Shown: positions 33,660 to 38,210 of the stretch, piece by piece
Layout of the letters: each line of letters starts with the position of its first letter
Numbering within the stretch: the stretch's first letter is position 1
Notes under the pieces: model-generated
The model's input: the letters and a program-made list of their open reading frames with translations, nothing else
Told to the model about the DNA's origin: nothing
Database searches by the model: none
DNA from: Spirogloea muscicola
Taxonomy: Eukaryota
DNA: 38,210 nucleotides
Assembly (NCBI GenBank): GCA_009602725.1
Contig: WELB01000008.1
Location: forward strand, 1,440,739 to 1,478,948
Direction: 5' to 3'
Position numbers and translations under genes: made by a program

Positions 33660-34320
33660 ACATTGTCCATTCTTTCTGTGTAGTCCTTCGGCATCTCTTT
33701 CTTTCTTTTCTTTTGACATTGTCCATTCTTTCTGGGCTGGCTTTGCTGGCCCCCTTTCTCTATGGGCGCGCTCTTCCTTGCCAGCCCCTCTTCTCTATGG
33801 GCGAGCCCTTTCTTCTTTGCTGGCCACCTTTTTCTATGGGCGAGCACTTTCTTTCCAACGGTCTCACTTTGCTGATGTCTTAGTCCTTAGCACTAAGGCT
33901 CCTACCGACCTTGTGCATTCCTTTGGGCTGGCCTCTCCCAGCCACCAGTCAATGTGGCCGCGCTTGCTTCTCACTTAGCTTACTTGGCTTCCATATGCTG
34001 TAGTCTCTTGCATAGCTGTGTCGTTTTGGCGCCTTTCGGCCCTTTGGGCGAGCACTTTCTTCTTTGGACCTTTTCATTCTTTCTGGGCTGGCCATTCAAA
34101 GCCCCCGGCCCCTTTGCACTTTGTTTATCCTTTTTTGGGCTGGCCTTTTCCAGCCCCTATCTTCTGTCCATTGTATTTGGGCTGGCCTTGCCAGCCCTTC
34201 GTCTCTATGGGCGAGCACTTCTCTCTATCTTCTATGGGCGAGCCCTTCTCTCTTTGAACCAGCCACTTCTCTTCCTTTGCTTTGGAAGAGCCACTTCCTT
34301 TCCTCTGGAATAGCTTACTT
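33660..34320 (+). repeat. Array of degenerate stem-loop units GGGCTGG-N4-6-CCAGCCC + TATGGGCGAGC (retroelement 3' UTR-type)
   Basis: Units near 33734, 33924, 34085, 34137 and 34179; TGGGCG(A/C)GC recurs at least 6 times. The same unit is seen at 23717 and 33277. Confidence 0.75.
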
Positions 34321-34330
34321 CTATGAAGAG

Positions 34331-34393
34331 AGAAGGCGCGCGGGGCGCATGAATTGAAAGGGAGGCCAATTCAAGCCAATACATTGTTCAGGC
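34331..34393 (-). mobile_element. Second ~64-bp retro-insertion, near-identical to 23217-23282
   Basis: AGAAGGCGCGCGGGGCGCATGAATTGAAAGGGAGGCCAATTCAAGCCAATACATTGTTCAGGC flanked by TATGAAGAG / TATGAAGGAG. Confidence 0.75.
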
Positions 34394-34420
34394 GTATGAA
34401 GGAGATTAGTGCAGCCAGAA

Positions 34421-34833
34421 AGAAGGCGCGCGGACCGCATGAATTGCAAGGGTGGCCAAGGCAGATCAATACACTATTCAGGCAGATGCTAGTGCAAAAG
34501 TTGAGGCTACATGAACGAAGCCCTATTAGAAGGTAGAAGTGTGACGCTAGTCTCCTCTAGTGAGGACATGCAAATCCGACAGGCTAAGTTGGGGAGCCGG
34601 AGCGCCGCTACAGAAGCCGGAAGCCTGACTTAGAGCACGCCCAGCACGCTGATGAACAGCGCGAGCTTAGGAGCGCAGCAAACTAAGCAAGGGCCGCATT
34701 GTGTAACATGCAACTGTGCGGAGCCAGAGGCAGGCAAGCAGGGCGCTCTCAGTACCCCCGTGTCATCAGTAGGAAGTCAGATGAGCTGAGGGGAGGAAGA
34801 GCAACCCCGCTGCGCAAGCCAGAGGCTGCTGCA
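34421..34833 (-). mobile_element. Two further stacked CRE-like 3' ends
   Basis: AAASGLRSGVALPPLSSSDFLLMTRGY* (stop 34749-34751) and ARAVHQRAGRALSQASG..SLSDLHVLTRGD* (stop 34547-34549), the latter with a ~125-nt 3' UTR ending GCGCGCCTTCT. Confidence 0.8.
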
Positions 34834-37800
34834 GAAGAAGAAGTGGCACTCCAAATGTGGGCAAGGGCTGTGATAAGCCAGCCCAAAAAGACTTGACAAG
34901 GGTTCGGAGGGGCCGACAAGCGTTTAGCAGCTACAGAGGGGCCTGAAGATGCCGTGTCAGCACAGGGGGAGGATGGATCACTCAGTAGTTACGAGTGAGG
35001 AGCCGCAGATCCGACAGACTAGCTGCCGAAAAACTATCCCCCTGCCGAAAGCCAGAGGCCGCAGCGAGAGCACGGCCAGCACGCAGATGTAGAGCATGGG
35101 CCATGGACCGCTGGAGGGACACTGACAATCTCATCCGGTATACCTGAGCCCACGAGCCAGCTGCGTTGAAGTCAGCCGGCTCGCCGCGCCTGCGAGACAC
35201 AGCACGCCGCGCAAGCCGGGCCAGCAGGTCGAGCCACTGGGACCCGAGAGCCCCGTGCACGTCCACCGCCAAGGGGACGAACTCATCTGTAGGCTGGTGG
35301 TCGGAGTGCTTGGCCGCCTTGCTGCGAGCGGCCTTCGCTGCAGCATGGCCGGCCCGCGAGGCAGAGAGCCCCGGGTTGGAGCGGTCGACCACATCAGTGG
35401 TGACTACGTCGGCGATGATGCGCGCGCCACAGCCCGGCGTGGACGCCACCAGGTCGACACGGCGCGTGTGGAGTCCGTCGGCCCTCTCGAGGATGGGCAT
35501 AACGGAAGAGTTCTCCATGGCCACCGTGTAGCCGGCCTCCTGAAAGATGCCGAACATGGCATCGCGCAGGAGGTCGTGTGCAGCTGTGCGTTCGCCTCCA
35601 GTGGCGCAGCGGAGGATGTGCGCCGCCAGCTCCGCCGGTCCCGTCGACCGCTCCCCACATTCACACTGCAGCACGCCCAGCAGGCAGGGGGGGGGGGAGG
35701 CCCAGCAGGCGATGGGTGGCCGTGCGGAACAGCTCGTCCGGCATCCGCAGGGCCTCATACAGGGGGAGCGCGGAGAGCCAGGCTGCCGCGCCGGGGGAGG
35801 CGGCCGACAGCAGCCGAGCATGGCCGCGCACGTCGGTTGCAGGGAGGAGCTGCAGCGTGGCCGTGAAGGACGCCTGGTCGACTGCCGCCATGTAGCGCGC
35901 CTGCGTCTGCGTGTCGGGGGTGTTGGCAAGGTGGGCAAACGGGACAACGCTCGCTGCAAGGGCAGGGTGCTCCGCAAGTAACCCGTCTTGAGCCGAGCGG
36001 AGCACCACCTGAAAGGGCAACGAGCCGGACGCCACCTCCACCACAACCTGCTGCAACAGGGGCCGCCCATCATGGAGGAAGCGCTGCGCCACCGACGTGG
36101 CGACCTGAGCCCAACTGCCAAGGAATGCTGGCCTGCAGGCGCGCGCGAGCGAGCGGCAGCCGAGGCCGCCCTGGCCAGGGGGCAGAGTGGCCTGGAGCGT
36201 CGCAGCTGGCGAGTCGAGGAAGCCAGTGTGGTGGATGAGGGCAGCCACACCCTCCATGACCCCCGCATCGAATGTGGTGTAGGCCTCCAGCACCTCGGGG
36301 CAGGGAGGGGTTGTCCGCGCTAGGTATTGGGGCCGCTGCACAATGCACCTGGTGAGCATAGCAAGCGCAGCTGCATGTCCTGCACCGGGTAGGCGGGCCA
36401 CCGGTTGGAGGTGCTCCTGGAGCCGGTTACGCAGTTGCCCGTCCACGAACGACGGCGTGCTGAAAGGGACCCCAAGGATGGTGAGGCCGCCTGGGGGAGT
36501 CTGGCACCCAGACGGCAGGGGCAAGGGGGCAGGGAGGCCACACGGAGACCACGTGGTGCACTTCTCGGGCCGGATGGTCATGCCGAGGGCGGCCAGCTGC
36601 TGCTGGAGGGTGGCGGTGGCCGCTGACACCTCGCTGGGGCTGCCGACCAGCGTGGTGTCGTCGGCGTAGGACGGCAGGAGGACGCTGGGGTGCGCCGCCG
36701 CAATGGCCTTGAGAGCGCGATTGTGAGCCAGCGCAAAAACGAACCCTGCCAGAGGATCCCCCTGCCGTGTGCCCGTCCTCGACTGCAGCATCTCCACCCC
36801 GCCACTCCCTGTCCGCCAGAGAAGGTCGCTGGGCTGGCCGTAGCCAAGGCGGAAGAAGGGCAGGAGGGAAGGGAAGGCCGCGCGCAGCTCCTTGGCGATG
36901 GCGTTGCGATCTACGCTGTTGAAGGCGTTTTGCACATCGACAGCCAGGACCATCTAGTCAGGGTGGAGATCCAGGGCCGCCCGGACGCCGTGGACGACAG
37001 CCTCCCCGCCGCTTCGTAGCCCAGCGCCGTATTGATGTGGGGCAAGGTGGGTCTGCGCCTGCCCAAGGTGTTGCTGCCACAGTGTGCGGGCCACCAGCCA
37101 GTACAGGACCTCGCCGATGGCGATGGGGCGGACTCCGCCGTTTGCCTCGGCGATGGCGAGGAGGTTGCTGGAGCAGAGCACCGAGCGGGTAACAGCAGGG
37201 ACCTTGTCCTGGGCCACGAGCTGGCAGACTTGGAGCAGCGCCTGGAAGTCGGAGGCCTCGCCCTCCAGGAACAGCTCTTGGAGGTGCTCCGTGAGCATGC
37301 CAGAGGGGCCGCCTGCTGCTACTCGGCGGCTGCTCTGGAGTACCCGGCGGAGGGTTGCGGCGTCGAGGGCCACCGGCTCGGGCGGCTCGAAGGAAGGCAG
37401 CCAGGGGGGGGAGGGGGCACGGGGTGCGGGATGGAGGGCGTCCAGGGCACGTCTGGTTGTCGAGGTCGGTGGGGCCAGCGAAGAGTCCTCAAGTGCTTGC
37501 ACAGCTCGCGAGAGCTCGCCGGCGTGTCCAAAGCGAAGAGCACGCCGGATGGCCGCGGCCTGGCCGGACGACGACTCCCCACGCTGGGCATGGCGACTGG
37601 CGGCGGCTGCTGCCACTGCGGCGTCGTGTTTCGCCAGGAGCTCCTCCCATCGCCCGTTCTCGAAGAGGTGGATGCGGTCCAGAAGGGGCTGGCGGCCCTG
37701 GCTGCGGCCCTCATGCGGCACCCGGCCCAAGAGCAGGCGAGGGAAGAGGATGAAGATGGACCACGCAGCTTGGTCGCGGTGGTCCGCGGCGATGCGGAGC

Positions 37801-38210
37801 AGGACGGGGCGGAGGGCGCGGCAGATGTGAGGGCGTGCCCAGCGGGGAACGTGGCGGACGAGGGGAAGCGCCGCCTGCCTGAGGACCACGGCCAGGTCAA
37901 GGTCCACGGCCCACTGCCAGTGATGTCGGCTCGGTTGTGCTGGGCTCGGTGGGACAGTCCTCCCGCGGCCGCCTCGACGAGTGCCCGCTGGTGCTGTGCG
38001 GCGCGCCTGTTCCGCACGGTTGTCGCGACGGCCGCAGGCGAGCTCGTGTTGGGCCAAGTTGCGGGGGGTGCAGGGGCCCTGACAGTGCCGGCAGAGCAGA
38101 GGAGGAGGCGAGCTGGGCGGGATGGAGGGGGGGAGGCGTCCGTGGTGGCGATGGGGAGGAAGGTGGCGCCGGCGAGAGGGGAGACGGAGGCGGCGGAGGC
38201 GGCGGTGGCG
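34834..38210 (-). mobile_element. Long CRE-clade-like non-LTR retrotransposon (zinc finger - RT - CCHC - RLE), 5'-partial, disrupted; ORF ends at 34982
   Basis: N-terminal CRHC-x11-H-x3-C finger (38034-38093). RT motifs GGPSG, RPIAIGEV, QYGAG, VDVQNAFNSV, GTRQGDPLA, YADD, ILGVPF. Then CECG..HILRC, AHDLLRD, RRVDLV..ADV..K, FVPLAVD. In-frame TAG at 36954-36956 and a frameshift in the 11-G run at 35687-35697. Confidence 0.92.

Noticed and set aside
33200..34320. HDV-like or hammerhead ribozyme in the 3' UTR repeats
   Set aside because: I could not map the catalytic cores (CUGANGA/GAAA or the nested double pseudoknot); only a simple stem-loop is supported.
35687..35697. Programmed frameshift in the retroelement ORF
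   Set aside because: The sister copy at 32158-33200 reads through in one frame; homopolymer slippage or sequencing error is simpler.

Overview
This is GC-rich, intron-containing eukaryotic DNA from a green plant lineage. LHC and LEA genes, TTTAGGG-like repeats and short GT-AG introns suggest a streptophyte alga or bryophyte-like genome (inference). Spliced host genes that can be reconstructed by hand: (1) a CDPK-family kinase without EF hands (PEPKR-like); (2) an LHCII-type antenna protein with Asn at the Chl 603 ligand (Lhcb9-like, predicted red-shifted); (3) a bacterial-type multi-pass membrane protein; (4) three LEA/hydrophilin genes, two of them sharing a G-box-dense divergent promoter; (5) a MacroD-type macrodomain gene; (6) a bacterial-type DUF2252 gene with altered kinase-like motifs. 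There is also an intronless BTB/POZ pseudogene. Mobile DNA is dominated by a CRE-clade-like RT + RLE non-LTR retrotransposon, with one long disrupted copy and at least 12 C-terminal/3' ends stacked in nested clusters. Also present are a 1.17-kb non-autonomous Helitron, a TA-flanked MITE, a 200-nt foldback and a 980-N gap. All family assignments come from motif recognition only; no database searches were run.
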